A DNA stretch of 64,000 nt from Thermococcus sp. (GTDB taxonomy: Archaea; Methanobacteriota_B; Thermococci; Thermococcales; Thermococcaceae): contig JALTBN010000027.1 in NCBI GenBank assembly GCA_027075325.1, forward strand, positions 176,032-240,031, written 5' to 3'. Within the stretch, counting starts at the first letter, position 1. Every line of letters starts with the position of its first letter. The notes beneath the pieces are model-generated. The model ran no database searches. It was not told where the DNA came from and saw only the letters and a program-made list of their open reading frames with translations. Below are positions 47,883-57,850 of the stretch, piece by piece. The translations under genes were made by a program, and so were the position numbers.

Positions 47883-48662
47883 ATGAGGGTAGCCGTAATG
47901 GGTGCGGGAACCATTGGCAGTGCCGTCGCAAAGGCATTGAGTGAGAGCGGTCACGAGGTCGTCGCCACGAGGAGGAACCTTGAAAAGGTTAAGTGGCTTG
48001 AAGAGTACGGGGTCAGGCTCACCCGTGACAACAGGGAGGCAGCTGAGTGGGCCGAGGTGGTTTTCCTGGCCGTAAAACCAGGTAAGGTTGGACAGGTGCT
48101 GGAGGAAGTGTCCGGACTCTTAGAAGGAAAGCTTCTGATTTCACTTGCTGCGGGGATAGGGCTGGATTACCTGGGAAGGCTCGCCCCGGAGGCTAAGGTC
48201 GTGAGGGCAATGCCCAACATAGCCGTTCTCGTCGGAGAGTCCTTCACGGCCTACTCAACCAACCTTGGTGGGGAGGAGGTCGAGACTGTTGAGAAACTCC
48301 TCAGAACCTTCGGGGACTGCATCCGCGTTGAAGAGGAGCACATGGACGCAATAACCGGGCTGAGCGGTTCAGGGCCGGCCTACGTTACGGTGTTCCTTGA
48401 GGCTATGGTCTACGGCGGTCTAAGGGTGGGTCTGCCGAGAGAAATTGCCAGAAAGGCGTCGCTCCAGACTCTGTTAGGAACGGCAAAACTCTTAATGGAA
48501 ACGGAAAAACACCCTGCCGAGGTCAGGGAGTGGGTCATAACCCCCGGAGGAACCACCATAGACGGAATCTTTGAATTGGAGGAGGGAAAGATAAGGACTG
48601 CAGTCATGAAGGCGGTCGATGCAGCGACCAAGAAGTCGCGGATACTGTCGAGGAAGGCCTAA
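47883..48662 (+). CDS. proC: Pyrroline-5-carboxylate reductase
   Basis: GAGTIG, LAVKP, SLAAG, RAMPN, TGLSGSGPAY, TPGGTT. Confidence 0.96.
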   Translation: MRVAVMGAGTIGSAVAKALSESGHEVVATRRNLEKVKWLEEYGVRLTRDNREAAEWAEVVFLAVKPGKVGQVLEEVSGLLEGKLLISLAAGIGLDYLGRLAPEAKVVRAMPNIAVLVGESFTAYSTNLGGEEVETVEKLLRTFGDCIRVEEEHMDAITGLSGSGPAYVTVFLEAMVYGGLRVGLPREIARKASLQTLLGTAKLLMETEKHPAEVREWVITPGGTTIDGIFELEEGKIRTAVMKAVDAATKKSRILSRKA

Positions 48663-49222
48663 AATTCGTTGAAGCTCACTACCTCTTCCAGCTTCCTCCT
48701 CTCGTATTTTGGCTTTGGGTCCGCCGGATAACCAACGGGCAGAATAGTCTGGAGCTTGTAGTCCCTGGGAACGTGGAGGAGCTCTTCCACGAGTCTGGGG
48801 TTCGGCGGGGTGTAGGTTACCGTTCCGAGGCCGAGCTCTTCCAGTGCCAGAAGCAGGTATCCAACGGCTATCCACGTCGATTGGAGCCAGTACGGTGCCT
48901 TCGTGTGCCCAAAGACGAGGATGAGATACGGCGCCTCGCTCAGGAATGGCTTCTCCGGCTTAAAGCCCTTGGCGTTCAGCCAGGCCATGAGGTCGCCCCT
49001 GGTCTTTGCGTAGAACTTCTCCTCCTCCGCCTCGCAGAGCTCCCTTATTCTACCCTTCAGCCAGTCGTCATCGATTACCACGAACTTCCAGGGCTGGGCA
49101 TTCATGCCCGACGGCGCCTCTTTCGCGGCCTTTATCGCCTTCAGGATGTCCTCTTTCGACGGCTTGTCGGGGAGGAACTGCCTCACGGTCTTCCGTCTCT
49201 TCGCCAGTTCGAGAACGCGCAT
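48659..49222 (-). CDS. Nitroreductase-fold flavoprotein, iodotyrosine-deiodinase-like
   Basis: RRKTVRQF, APSGMNAQPW, EEEKFY, EKPFLSEAP, TVTYTP. Confidence 0.8.
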   Translation of the reverse strand: MRVLELAKRRKTVRQFLPDKPSKEDILKAIKAAKEAPSGMNAQPWKFVVIDDDWLKGRIRELCEAEEEKFYAKTRGDLMAWLNAKGFKPEKPFLSEAPYLILVFGHTKAPYWLQSTWIAVGYLLLALEELGLGTVTYTPPNPRLVEELLHVPRDYKLQTILPVGYPADPKPKYERRKLEEVVSFNEF

Positions 49223-49286
49223 GTCACCACCGTAGAAAATTAGGCTTTCCCCAAAAGGCTTTTACGGTTCTTGAGAACTCACTTCG

Positions 49287-50141
49287 ATGAGGCGGAGGTA
49301 TCTCCTGTCATTTGTGCTCATCATCCTGCTCGTTGTGGGGATTGTGGAGTGGCACGGGGAGAGCAATTCCAAAACTTTGCCTGAGTACCCCCTGAATTCA
49401 TCAAAGCTTCGCTCCTTCCTGGAATCCCAGTACGTCCCGGAGGCTGGCATGCTTAGAGCGGCCGTTAAAGCTTATCCGGACAACGAGACGATTTACGTTG
49501 CCAACGACAACCTCCTGGCATCACGCGCGCTGATTGTCCTCGGCTCTCCCATTGGAAAGAGGGTTCTCAAAAACCTCGATGCCAACTATTCCGGTGGCTG
49601 GAACGGAAAGGTTGACCCTCTCCTTGGAAGGCCCATCAAAGGCTTCTACTGCACTGAAACAAAGAGCCTTGGAATGGTTTATTCCCTGAAGTTCAACGCA
49701 ACGTTCGAGATAAAATACGAGGTCGCCAACACCTCGTGCAGGATGGACAACTGGGAGTCCTACGCTGATTTCCTGGTTTACGGGGCTTTAAACGACCTTA
49801 TAAATGGAAACGAAAGCGGTGCCCTTGAGCTCTATTCCAGGCTTCTCGCGATGTGGGACGGAAACGGCTTCAGGGATAGGGCCTTCGATGGAACGTATCA
49901 GACCTACAAGTGCGCCCTGTTCATATACCTCTATCGCGCGCTGTGCAAACCTGAGAAAGGCAGAAACGTTTACTCCCGCTGTCTGGAGGTAATCTCCTCA
50001 CTTCAAGCCAGAAACGGCGGAATAATAACCGGCTACCGTGTTGAAAACGGGAAAATTGTTCCTACCGGGGACACCAACACGGAAACAACTTCAATTGTTG
50101 TTCTGGCGCTCTACTCAAACTATCCCCGGAAAATTCGATGA
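49287..50141 (+). CDS. Secreted/membrane-anchored hypothetical protein
   Basis: N-terminal RRR plus hydrophobic helix; DNLLA, WDGNGF..D, YKCAL, LQARNGG..TGY, NTETTS. Confidence 0.7.
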   Translation: MRRRYLLSFVLIILLVVGIVEWHGESNSKTLPEYPLNSSKLRSFLESQYVPEAGMLRAAVKAYPDNETIYVANDNLLASRALIVLGSPIGKRVLKNLDANYSGGWNGKVDPLLGRPIKGFYCTETKSLGMVYSLKFNATFEIKYEVANTSCRMDNWESYADFLVYGALNDLINGNESGALELYSRLLAMWDGNGFRDRAFDGTYQTYKCALFIYLYRALCKPEKGRNVYSRCLEVISSLQARNGGIITGYRVENGKIVPTGDTNTETTSIVVLALYSNYPRKIR

Positions 50142-50143
50142 AA

Positions 50144-50893
50144 TCAAACATAAAACACCATCCCGTCGTAGGCAACCAGAACCCTGTTCCCCCACCTCTT
50201 CCTCACGTACTCGGTCAGCTCAAGGAACGGTAGGTTCTTGTGCGATATGTGGCTTAAAACGGTCCTCTCGGCGAGAGAAAGGCCCATCTCAGCGGCCTCA
50301 TCGACGTTGTTGTGGTAAGGGTCGTCGGTTCCCGGCGGGTAGGTAGCGTCAACTATCGCCAGCCTCAGCGGGGCCCTCTCCTCTAGGAACTCCCTCGTCT
50401 CCTCAGGGAGGCCCTTTGTGTCGTAGAGGATTGCAACGCTCTTCCCGTCTTCCTCAATCAGATAACCTAAGGTCTCGACCTGATGGTTGAGCTTTATTGG
50501 GGTGATTTTTAGGGTGTCTATCTCCATGGTCTCCCAGGGCTTTACCACGTTCGGCCTCAGGTTCTTCGGGTCGTTGAGGATGAGGGCATCCGCGTGCCCC
50601 TCGGGCGCGTAGAGGGGCGTCTCAAGTGCCATCCAGCGGAGCTTGTAGAGGCCGTAGATGTGGTCGTGGTGCCAGTGGGTTAAGAAGATGGCCTCCAGCG
50701 GGACGTTTAGGAAGTCCCTTATGTCCGTGCCGACGTCGAAGAGAACCGCTTTCCGGTTTTCGGTGATTACGGCGAGCGTTGAGGGCCTCCTCTGCGCGAA
50801 GCCGAACTTTCTAGCTTCGCTGCAGGTCGGGCAGGTGCAGAGGTGAGCTGGAATCCCCTCGCTGCCGCCGGTGCCGATGAAGTAGACTAACAT
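50144..50893 (-). CDS. PhnP-like metallo-beta-lactamase-fold phosphodiesterase
   Basis: GTGGSEGIP..CTCPTC, THWHHDH, YDT, H..SHISH, AYDG. Confidence 0.9.
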   Translation of the reverse strand: MLVYFIGTGGSEGIPAHLCTCPTCSEARKFGFAQRRPSTLAVITENRKAVLFDVGTDIRDFLNVPLEAIFLTHWHHDHIYGLYKLRWMALETPLYAPEGHADALILNDPKNLRPNVVKPWETMEIDTLKITPIKLNHQVETLGYLIEEDGKSVAILYDTKGLPEETREFLEERAPLRLAIVDATYPPGTDDPYHNNVDEAAEMGLSLAERTVLSHISHKNLPFLELTEYVRKRWGNRVLVAYDGMVFYV

Positions 50894-50946
50894 AGCCACC
50901 ACCTGTTTTATGGCTGTAAAATATTCTCGCTTAAAAAGCCTTCCCC

Positions 50947-51315
50947 TCACCAGACCTTAACGGGGTTCACCTTGAGAACCTCAACGTACCGCCTGAAACC
51001 CTTCTCGTCGACTATATGGAACTCGAAGGGGTGGTAGTGAGGAAGTCCCGCTAACTCCTCGATTTTAACCTCAAGCTCGGCCCTCTCACGGAGGCTTTTT
51101 GGGGCCTTTTTCACCTTTATCAAGAGGTCAACGTCGCTTCCGGCGGTGAACTTCCCGGTTAAGACGCTTCCGAAGACGTAGAGTTCGCACTCACCCAGAA
51201 TCTCCTCGCAGGCGCGCTTTATCGCGGGGAGGTATCGCTTGTAGTACTTTATCATCAGGTAGCGCTTTCTTCCGTCCTCAATCATCCTGGAGATTACCGC
51301 CTCTCTCGAACTCAT
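50947..51315 (-). CDS. Minimal nucleotidyltransferase (MNT) antitoxin
   Basis: YVFGSVLTG..TAGSDVDLL; overlaps the upstream HEPN gene. Confidence 0.88.
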   Translation of the reverse strand: MSSREAVISRMIEDGRKRYLMIKYYKRYLPAIKRACEEILGECELYVFGSVLTGKFTAGSDVDLLIKVKKAPKSLRERAELEVKIEELAGLPHYHPFEFHIVDEKGFRRYVEVLKVNPVKVW

Positions 51316-51703
51316 CAGCCAGGCCCTCCACGAAGTCCATAACTCTGGTAACGAACTCGGTAAGTTCCTCTGCATCTTCCCGATAATATGACTTGGCCTC
51401 ATATCTTGTCCCGATATACGCGTCTTCGAGCTCCCTCAGCAGTTTTCTGTTGCTTCTTATGAACTCCTCGATGCGGTCTTCCAGTTTAAAGACCTGTCCA
51501 AGGCGATATAAAAGCTCTCTCAGGGAGTGGATCCTTATCCTCAGGTCGGCATATTTGATTAAGAGGGCTTTTATGTGGAGCTGAAGGGCCTGTTCCGCGA
51601 GGAATATTGCAGCGTCGTATTTCTCACTTTCAAAAGCGGAATTCGCAAGTTCCAGGTAATCCTCTGAGCGCCTCAGCAAAGTCTCAACCTCTTCGTAGTG
51701 CAT
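51278..51703 (-). CDS. HEPN-domain protein (HEPN-MNT pair)
   Basis: AIFLAEQALQL.IKA, RIHSLREL, LEDAYIGTRY. Confidence 0.88.
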   Translation of the reverse strand: MHYEEVETLLRRSEDYLELANSAFESEKYDAAIFLAEQALQLHIKALLIKYADLRIRIHSLRELLYRLGQVFKLEDRIEEFIRSNRKLLRELEDAYIGTRYEAKSYYREDAEELTEFVTRVMDFVEGLADEFERGGNLQDD

Positions 51704-51754
51704 TCCACCACCGGAAACACTTTAACTCAACCGGATTAATACCTTTCGATAATC

Positions 51755-52258
51755 ATGCGCTTTATAGCGGACATGATGCTCGGTCGCCTGGCCAGATGGC
51801 TCCGCCTCTACGGCCACGACACCCTCTACGGGATAGAGGACGATGACGAGATAGTCCATGTTGCCCTTAGGGATAACAGGATAATCCTAACGAGGGACTC
51901 CGGCCTCGCTGAGAGGGCAAGGAGGCTCGGCGCCAAAGTTTTCCTCCTCTCGTCGAACTCACTTGAAGGACAAGTGGAGGAGCTTAAGCGCCTCGGAATC
52001 GAATTTAAAGAACTTTTTCCTGCAAATGCACGCTGCCCCAAGTGCAACGGCCCAATAAGGCGCGCCTCAAAGGAAGAAGTCAAAGACAGGGTCTCTCCCA
52101 CAGTTTACGAGAAGTACGACGAGTTCTATACCTGCGAAAACTGCGGTCAAATCTACTGGCCGGGCAGGCAGTGGGAGGAGATGGTCAAAATCGACAGGAA
52201 GCTGAGGCTTGGAAAACCGGAGAAAGGGGGATCAAAAAGGAAAAGCCTCAGCCGATAG
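51755..52258 (+). CDS. Mut7-C (PIN-like) RNase domain protein with Zn ribbon
   Basis: FIADMMLGRLARWLRLYGHD, LTRD, RCPKCN, CENCGQIYW.G. Confidence 0.9.
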   Translation: MRFIADMMLGRLARWLRLYGHDTLYGIEDDDEIVHVALRDNRIILTRDSGLAERARRLGAKVFLLSSNSLEGQVEELKRLGIEFKELFPANARCPKCNGPIRRASKEEVKDRVSPTVYEKYDEFYTCENCGQIYWPGRQWEEMVKIDRKLRLGKPEKGGSKRKSLSR

Positions 52259-53237
52259 GGTGGTGGCAGGCCACGAAGTGGTTGTGGCTGATCTCAACAA
52301 GCTCCGGCTCCCTCTCCCTGCAGAGTTCATCGGCGAAGGGGCACCTCGGGTTGAAGCGGCAGCCCGGCGGTATCTCGGCCGCGTTCGGGACTTCCCCGGT
52401 TATCCTGAACTTCCTCTCCTTCTTTCTCCGCACTATCGACGGGACGGCCTGGATCAGGGCCAGCGTGTACGGGTGGGCAGGGTTCCTGAGGACTTCCTCC
52501 GTCGGGCCGATTTCAACTATCTTGCCGAGGTACATCACCGCTATCCTGTCGGCTATCAGCTTTCCGACGGCTATGTCGTGGGTTATGAAGAGCTGGCTGA
52601 GGTTGTACTCCTTTCTGAAGGACTCGAGGAGCTCAAGTATCGAGGCGCGCATCGAAACGTCGATCATCGAGACGGCCTCGTCCGCAACAACGAACTCCGG
52701 CTTCAGCACCATGGCCCTCGCTATGACAACGCGCTGCCTCTGGCCGCCGCTGAGGTGGTGGGGGTAGCGGTCGTAGAACTCTTCCTCGGGGGTCAGCCCG
52801 ACGCGCCTGAGCATTTTGAGGACTATCTCCTTCGCCTCCTCCTTCTCCGCCAGCCCATGGACGAGCAGCGGGTGGGCTATCGCGTCGCCTATCTTCATCC
52901 TCGGGCTCAGGCTTGAGTACGGGTCCTGGAAGATTATCTGCATCCTCCTTCTGAAGGGCCGCAGTTTCTCCTGGCTCAGCGGCGTTATGTCCGTGCCGTC
53001 GAAGATTATCCTTCCGCTTGTTGGCTCTATCAGCCGCAGTATCGTCCTGCCCGCGGTCGTCTTTCCGCAGCCGCTCTCGCCGATGAGGGCCAGCGTTTCG
53101 CCCCTGCCTATCTCGAAGCTTATCCCGTCGACCGCGCGGACGTAGCGCTCTTCCTTCTTCCTGAAGGCCTCTAGCAGGCTCCTCTTAACTGGGAAGTACT
53201 TCTTGAGGTCCTCGACCCTGAGTAGAGGCTCACTCAT
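52248..53237 (-). CDS. Peptide ABC transporter ATPase (DppF/OppF)
   Basis: GESGCGKTT, FQDP, LSGGQRQR, HPYT, GCRFNPRCP..VACH. Confidence 0.93.
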   Translation of the reverse strand: MSEPLLRVEDLKKYFPVKRSLLEAFRKKEERYVRAVDGISFEIGRGETLALIGESGCGKTTAGRTILRLIEPTSGRIIFDGTDITPLSQEKLRPFRRRMQIIFQDPYSSLSPRMKIGDAIAHPLLVHGLAEKEEAKEIVLKMLRRVGLTPEEEFYDRYPHHLSGGQRQRVVIARAMVLKPEFVVADEAVSMIDVSMRASILELLESFRKEYNLSQLFITHDIAVGKLIADRIAVMYLGKIVEIGPTEEVLRNPAHPYTLALIQAVPSIVRRKKERKFRITGEVPNAAEIPPGCRFNPRCPFADELCREREPELVEISHNHFVACHHPIG

Positions 53238-54210
53238 TCCCCGCACCCCCGTACAGGTGGCAGGCCACCAGGTGACCCGGCTCCACTTCAACGGGCTCCG
53301 GCTCCTTCACGTCACACAGCCCCCTGAGCTCCCCCTTCTCCCTAAAAACCGCACAGCGCGGATGGAAGCGGCAGCCGCTCGGCGGGTTCCTCAGGTCCGG
53401 CGGGTAGCCCGGAATCGCCCTGACCTCGCTCTCCTTCCAGAGATCGGGGACGCTCTCCACGAGAGCCCTCGTGTAGGGGTGCAGGGGGTTCTCGATGATC
53501 TGCTCGGTCGTCCCTATCTCCACGAGCTTGCCCGCGTACATGACGGCTATCCTGTCGCTCCTCTCCGCGGCGAGGGAGATGTCGTGGGTAACGAAGTAGA
53601 TGCTCGTCCCCTCTGCCTTCATCTCGTCGATGAGGTCCATTATGGCGTCCTGGACTATAACATCGAGGGCCGTTGTCGGCTCGTCGGCTATGAGGAGCTT
53701 CGGGTTGAAGGCCATGGCTATGGCTATGCTTATCCTCTGCCTCTGGCCCCCGCTGAGCTGGTGGGGGTAGTAGTCGAGCCTGTCCGCCGGCAGGTTCACT
53801 TTCTCAAGGAGCTCCTTCGCCCTCTTCCGCGCCTCGTCCTCGTCGACGCCGTGGACAGTCATGGCCTCGATGATCTGGTCGCCGACCTTCCTCAGGGGGT
53901 CGAGGCTCGTCATGGGGTCCTGGAAGACCATGCTTATTTCCTTGCCCCTTATCCTCCTCAGCTCCTCGGGTTTCATGGCCAGCAGGTTCTTCCCCTGGAA
54001 GATGACCTCCCCGGTAACGACCTTCCCCGGGGACGGGACGAGGTTTATAACCGCGTGGGCCACGGTCGACTTTCCGCTCCCGCTCTCTCCGACGAACGTT
54101 ATCCACTCACCTTCCTTCACGCTGAAGGAGACGTTCTCTGCGCCCCTGACGACCCCGGAGAGAGTGTAGTAGTAAACACCAAGGTTCTTGACTTCCAGCA
54201 GCATCGCCAT
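53230..54210 (-). CDS. Peptide ABC transporter ATPase (DppD/OppD)
   Basis: GESGSGKST, FQDPMTSLDP, ADEPTTALD, GCRFHPRC. Confidence 0.93.
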   Translation of the reverse strand: MAMLLEVKNLGVYYYTLSGVVRGAENVSFSVKEGEWITFVGESGSGKSTVAHAVINLVPSPGKVVTGEVIFQGKNLLAMKPEELRRIRGKEISMVFQDPMTSLDPLRKVGDQIIEAMTVHGVDEDEARKRAKELLEKVNLPADRLDYYPHQLSGGQRQRISIAIAMAFNPKLLIADEPTTALDVIVQDAIMDLIDEMKAEGTSIYFVTHDISLAAERSDRIAVMYAGKLVEIGTTEQIIENPLHPYTRALVESVPDLWKESEVRAIPGYPPDLRNPPSGCRFHPRCAVFREKGELRGLCDVKEPEPVEVEPGHLVACHLYGGAGNE

Positions 54211-55058
54211 CACCTCGTCCCCAGGGAGAGCCTCTCGTTGATGGCCTCTCCTATCATGGCGAACCCCATGGCCAGCAGCATGATCATTATTCCCGGGAAG
54301 AACGCCAGCCACCAGTAGCCGTCCAGGAGGAAGGGCTGGCCGATGTGAAGGTCGTAGCCCCAGTCAGGCGTCGGCGGCGTCACCGAAAGCCCCAGGAAGC
54401 TCAGGCCGGCCTCTGTCAGGATCGCGTCGGCCACGCTGAGCGTGAAGACGACCAGTATCGTCGGCAGGACGTTGGGGAGTATATATTTGCGCATGATCTC
54501 CCTGTTCTTCGTTCCTATGGCTTTGGCCGCCTCGACGAAGAGCTGGCCCTTGAGGCTGAGCGTCTGGCCGCGCACCATCCTGAAGTAGGTAGGCACGTAG
54601 ACGAAGCTTATTGCCACGGCGGTGTTTATCGGGCTCGGGCCCAGCACGACGGCGATGACTATGGCGAGTATGAGCGACGGGAAGGAGTAGATGCTGTCCA
54701 TTATCATGCTGAGGGTTCTGTCAGTCTTTCCGCCGTAGTACCCGGACAGGAGACCCAGGGGCACTCCGATGGCTATTGAAAGCGTGGTTGCCACAGTCAC
54801 CACGTAGAGGATTATCCTGGAACCCCAGATTATCCTGGAGAAGACGTCCTGTCCCAGGTTGTTGGTCCCCATCGGGTGCTTCCAGCTTGGAGGCGAGAAG
54901 ACGTCCGGTCCTATCTCCGTCGGGTTGTAGGGGGATACCACCGGAGCCAGAAGGGCAAGTAATATGACCGCGAAGACGACCGCGAGGCCGAATATGAGGA
55001 GCCCCCTGCCGGGCTTTCTTTCCCTGAGCGGTTTCAGCAGATAGTCGATAACTCTCAT
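54210..55058 (-). CDS. Peptide ABC transporter permease (DppC)
   Basis: HPMGTNNLGQDVFSR, EAAKAIG, EAGLSFLGL..PDWG. Confidence 0.92.
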   Translation of the reverse strand: MRVIDYLLKPLRERKPGRGLLIFGLAVVFAVILLALLAPVVSPYNPTEIGPDVFSPPSWKHPMGTNNLGQDVFSRIIWGSRIILYVVTVATTLSIAIGVPLGLLSGYYGGKTDRTLSMIMDSIYSFPSLILAIVIAVVLGPSPINTAVAISFVYVPTYFRMVRGQTLSLKGQLFVEAAKAIGTKNREIMRKYILPNVLPTILVVFTLSVADAILTEAGLSFLGLSVTPPTPDWGYDLHIGQPFLLDGYWWLAFFPGIMIMLLAMGFAMIGEAINERLSLGTR

Positions 55059-55070
55059 TCTAATCCCCCC

Positions 55071-56102
55071 TCAGTACTCCACCCTCGGATCGAGGATTGC
55101 GTAGATTATATCTACGATGAGGCTGATCAAACCGACGAAGAGGGCGAAGACTATCACTGCGCCCTGTATAGAGTTGTAGTCGCGGTAGTTTATCCTGTCC
55201 ATGATGAACGTGCCCATCCCTGGCCAGTTGAAGGTTGTCTCAGTAAGGACTGCACCGCCGAGGAGTATGGCGAACTGGAGCCCCATCAGGGTAACCACGG
55301 GGATGAACGCGTTCTTGAGGGCGTACCAGAGGACTTTCCTGTCCGGCACCCCCCTCGCCCGATAGGCCCTTATGAAGTCCTGGCTCAGGACATCGACCAT
55401 GTTGTTTCTCACCAGACGTGTGTAGGCCCCGCTGAGCACTATTCCAAGGGTCAGACTGGGCAGAACAAGGTGTTCTGCCACACTCACGAAAGCCGTCCAG
55501 TTTCCCTCAATAAGACTGTCAAGGAGGTAGAGACCGGTTATGGAGTGGAAGGAGGTTATACTGGGATCAATCCTCCCAGACGTCGGAAGCCAGTGGAGTT
55601 TAACCCCAAAGAGGTACTGGAGCATCATGCCGAACCACGGTATGAAGAGGGTGTAGGCAACTATGCTGTAGACCCTCATTCCCGTGTCTATCTTCGTTCC
55701 CTTCCTAACGGCCCCCCAGACACCCGTGGCCAGGCCCAGAAGAACGCTCACGGTAAATGCAAAGATGGTTAACTCTATAGTCGCGGGAAGGCGGAGGGCT
55801 ATGTAGCTCGAAACTGGTTTGCCCATCGGGGAAGCCAGGGTGACCCCAAGGTTTCCCTGGAGCATCTTCCACAGATAGTCAAAGTACTGAACGTAGAGGG
55901 GCTTATCAAGGCCCGCCATGTGCTCCAGGTGGTGGAGCTGCTCGGGCGGGATATTTTTGGTCCCCACAACGGCTAGAATGGGATTTCCGGGGAGGACGCG
56001 GAGGAAGAGAAAAACGATGGTGTAAAGGATGAGTATCATGGGGATTATCATGAGTGCCCTTATTATGATGTAACGACCCAATCCCCTGGCCAACTTCATC
56101 AC
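55071..56102 (-). CDS. Peptide ABC transporter permease (DppB)
   Basis: PGNP, GLDKPLYVQY, PATIEL, ETTFNWPGMG, DPRV. Confidence 0.92.
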   Translation of the reverse strand: MMKLARGLGRYIIIRALMIIPMILILYTIVFLFLRVLPGNPILAVVGTKNIPPEQLHHLEHMAGLDKPLYVQYFDYLWKMLQGNLGVTLASPMGKPVSSYIALRLPATIELTIFAFTVSVLLGLATGVWGAVRKGTKIDTGMRVYSIVAYTLFIPWFGMMLQYLFGVKLHWLPTSGRIDPSITSFHSITGLYLLDSLIEGNWTAFVSVAEHLVLPSLTLGIVLSGAYTRLVRNNMVDVLSQDFIRAYRARGVPDRKVLWYALKNAFIPVVTLMGLQFAILLGGAVLTETTFNWPGMGTFIMDRINYRDYNSIQGAVIVFALFVGLISLIVDIIYAILDPRVEY

Positions 56103-56132
56103 CTCGCGGGTTTAAAAGGAAAAGAAAAGAGA

Positions 56133-57707
56133 TCATCCCGTCTTGTAGACGGTGCTGTAGTGGAATATCATGTCCGGGCCGATTTTTATTCCCTTGACGT
56201 TCTTCTGCGTGACGACGAAGAGCTTGCCCTGGATGAGCGGGATGTAAGGCACATCCTGGGCCAGTATGTCCTGGGCCTGCTCGTAAAGACTGGTTCTCTG
56301 GTTCTGGTCAGTTATGGTCTGGGCCTTCCTGAGTATGGTGTTCATCTGGGTGTTGTTGTAGCCTGTTCCAGCCCAGCCGTTGGCGTCTCCGTCGAGGAAC
56401 GGGGTGGTGTAGTCGTCGGGGTCAAGGTAGTCCGGGTACCAGCCGAGGAGGTAGACCATCATCTGGCCCTTTCTCGCGTAGTCGGTGTAGGTGTTCCACT
56501 CGGCGCTCTTGATGGTAACCTGAATCATGCCGGTCTTCTCCCACTCGCTCTTGAGAACCTGGGCGAGCGAGGCCTCGGTGTCACCGTAGTGGGTCGGCGT
56601 GTACCAGAGCGTTATTTTGAGCGGGTTGCTCTCTGAGTAGCCAGCCTCCTGGAGTAGTTTCTTTGCCAGTTCGAGATTGGCATCACCGTACTTGTCCATG
56701 AATACATCCTTGTGGCTCCACATTCCATTTGGAATGAGGCTGTAGAGCGGTTCAACGGTGTCCTGGAAGACAACACTGGCTATCTCCGGCCTGTTAACAG
56801 CCGCCGCGAGGGCCTGTCTAACTTTGACCTCCTTGGTCGGGTCGATCTTTGTGTTGAGGCAGACGTACCTTATGAATGCTCCGGGAACCTCTATCACGTT
56901 CACCTTGCTGTCCTGTTTGAGGCTCTTTATGTCGGTCGGCCGCAGGGTTCTCCAGGCTATGTCTATCTCACCGTTCTGGAGTGCCAGCCTCATTGTCGAG
57001 GCGTCGTTGTAGAACTTCACTATAACCTTCTCGGTCTTCGGCTTTGGACCGTAGTAGTTGGGGTTGGCCTCAAGGACGAGCTCCTGGTCGCGCACCCACT
57101 TGGCTATCTTGTACGGGCCGATTCCGCCGTAGGTCGCGTCGCTGTCGATCTTGTCGTTGTCATACTTGGGGCTGACCGGGAAGTAGGGCGGCGTCGTCAG
57201 CAGGGACAGGAAGTAGGCCGTCGGGTGCTTGAGGTAGAAGACAACCGTGTAGTCGTCCTTCGCCTCAACGTGGTCAACGAAGCTGGTAACGAGCCACGAG
57301 GGGTCGCCTTTAATCGTCATGACCCTGTTGATGCTTCTCACGACGTCCTTGGCAGTGAACGGCGTCCCGTCGTCGAACTTCAGGCCCTTCCTCAGGTGGA
57401 AGGTCCACACGGTGGAGTCGTTGTTTACATCCCAGCTCTCTGCCAGACCCGGTTCAATATCGAGGGTTCCAGGCTTGTATTTTACGAGGCCTTCCATAAC
57501 GTTGTTGAGGACCTCCCATGTGTAGAAGTCGTAGGCGTTTGCAGGGTCCAGGTCAGTTACCTTGTCCGTAACTCCAATTATCAACTGGGCTGCGACCTTT
57601 GTGGAGCTGCTTGTTGATGAGGTGCCACCTCCACCAAGGCAGCCGCTGGCCACTACAGAAAAAACAACCAAAAACACTAAGACCGCTGAAAGATACAGCC
57701 TTTTCAT
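56133..57707 (-). CDS. Peptide ABC transporter substrate-binding lipoprotein (DppA/OppA, family 5)
   Basis: Lipobox ASGCLGG with Ser/Thr linker; LAESW, F.LRKGLKF.DG.PFTA.DV. Confidence 0.93.
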   Translation of the reverse strand: MKRLYLSAVLVFLVVFSVVASGCLGGGGTSSTSSSTKVAAQLIIGVTDKVTDLDPANAYDFYTWEVLNNVMEGLVKYKPGTLDIEPGLAESWDVNNDSTVWTFHLRKGLKFDDGTPFTAKDVVRSINRVMTIKGDPSWLVTSFVDHVEAKDDYTVVFYLKHPTAYFLSLLTTPPYFPVSPKYDNDKIDSDATYGGIGPYKIAKWVRDQELVLEANPNYYGPKPKTEKVIVKFYNDASTMRLALQNGEIDIAWRTLRPTDIKSLKQDSKVNVIEVPGAFIRYVCLNTKIDPTKEVKVRQALAAAVNRPEIASVVFQDTVEPLYSLIPNGMWSHKDVFMDKYGDANLELAKKLLQEAGYSESNPLKITLWYTPTHYGDTEASLAQVLKSEWEKTGMIQVTIKSAEWNTYTDYARKGQMMVYLLGWYPDYLDPDDYTTPFLDGDANGWAGTGYNNTQMNTILRKAQTITDQNQRTSLYEQAQDILAQDVPYIPLIQGKLFVVTQKNVKGIKIGPDMIFHYSTVYKTG

Positions 57708-57850
57708 GGTTTTCACCAATGTATTACTAAGTCTACTCATGCATTTAAATCTTTCTGGGATGGACTTATCGTTTGTTCAATGTAAATTAGAATCCATTAA
57801 AAAAGCAAGGGCAGGAAAAGGGTTTAATAATCCCTGGGGGAGTTGGGCAT

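Noticed and set aside
52042-57617. Long + strand ORFs (52042-52767, 53203-54318, 56712-57617)
   Set aside because: Antisense shadows of the GC-rich peptide ABC transporter genes.
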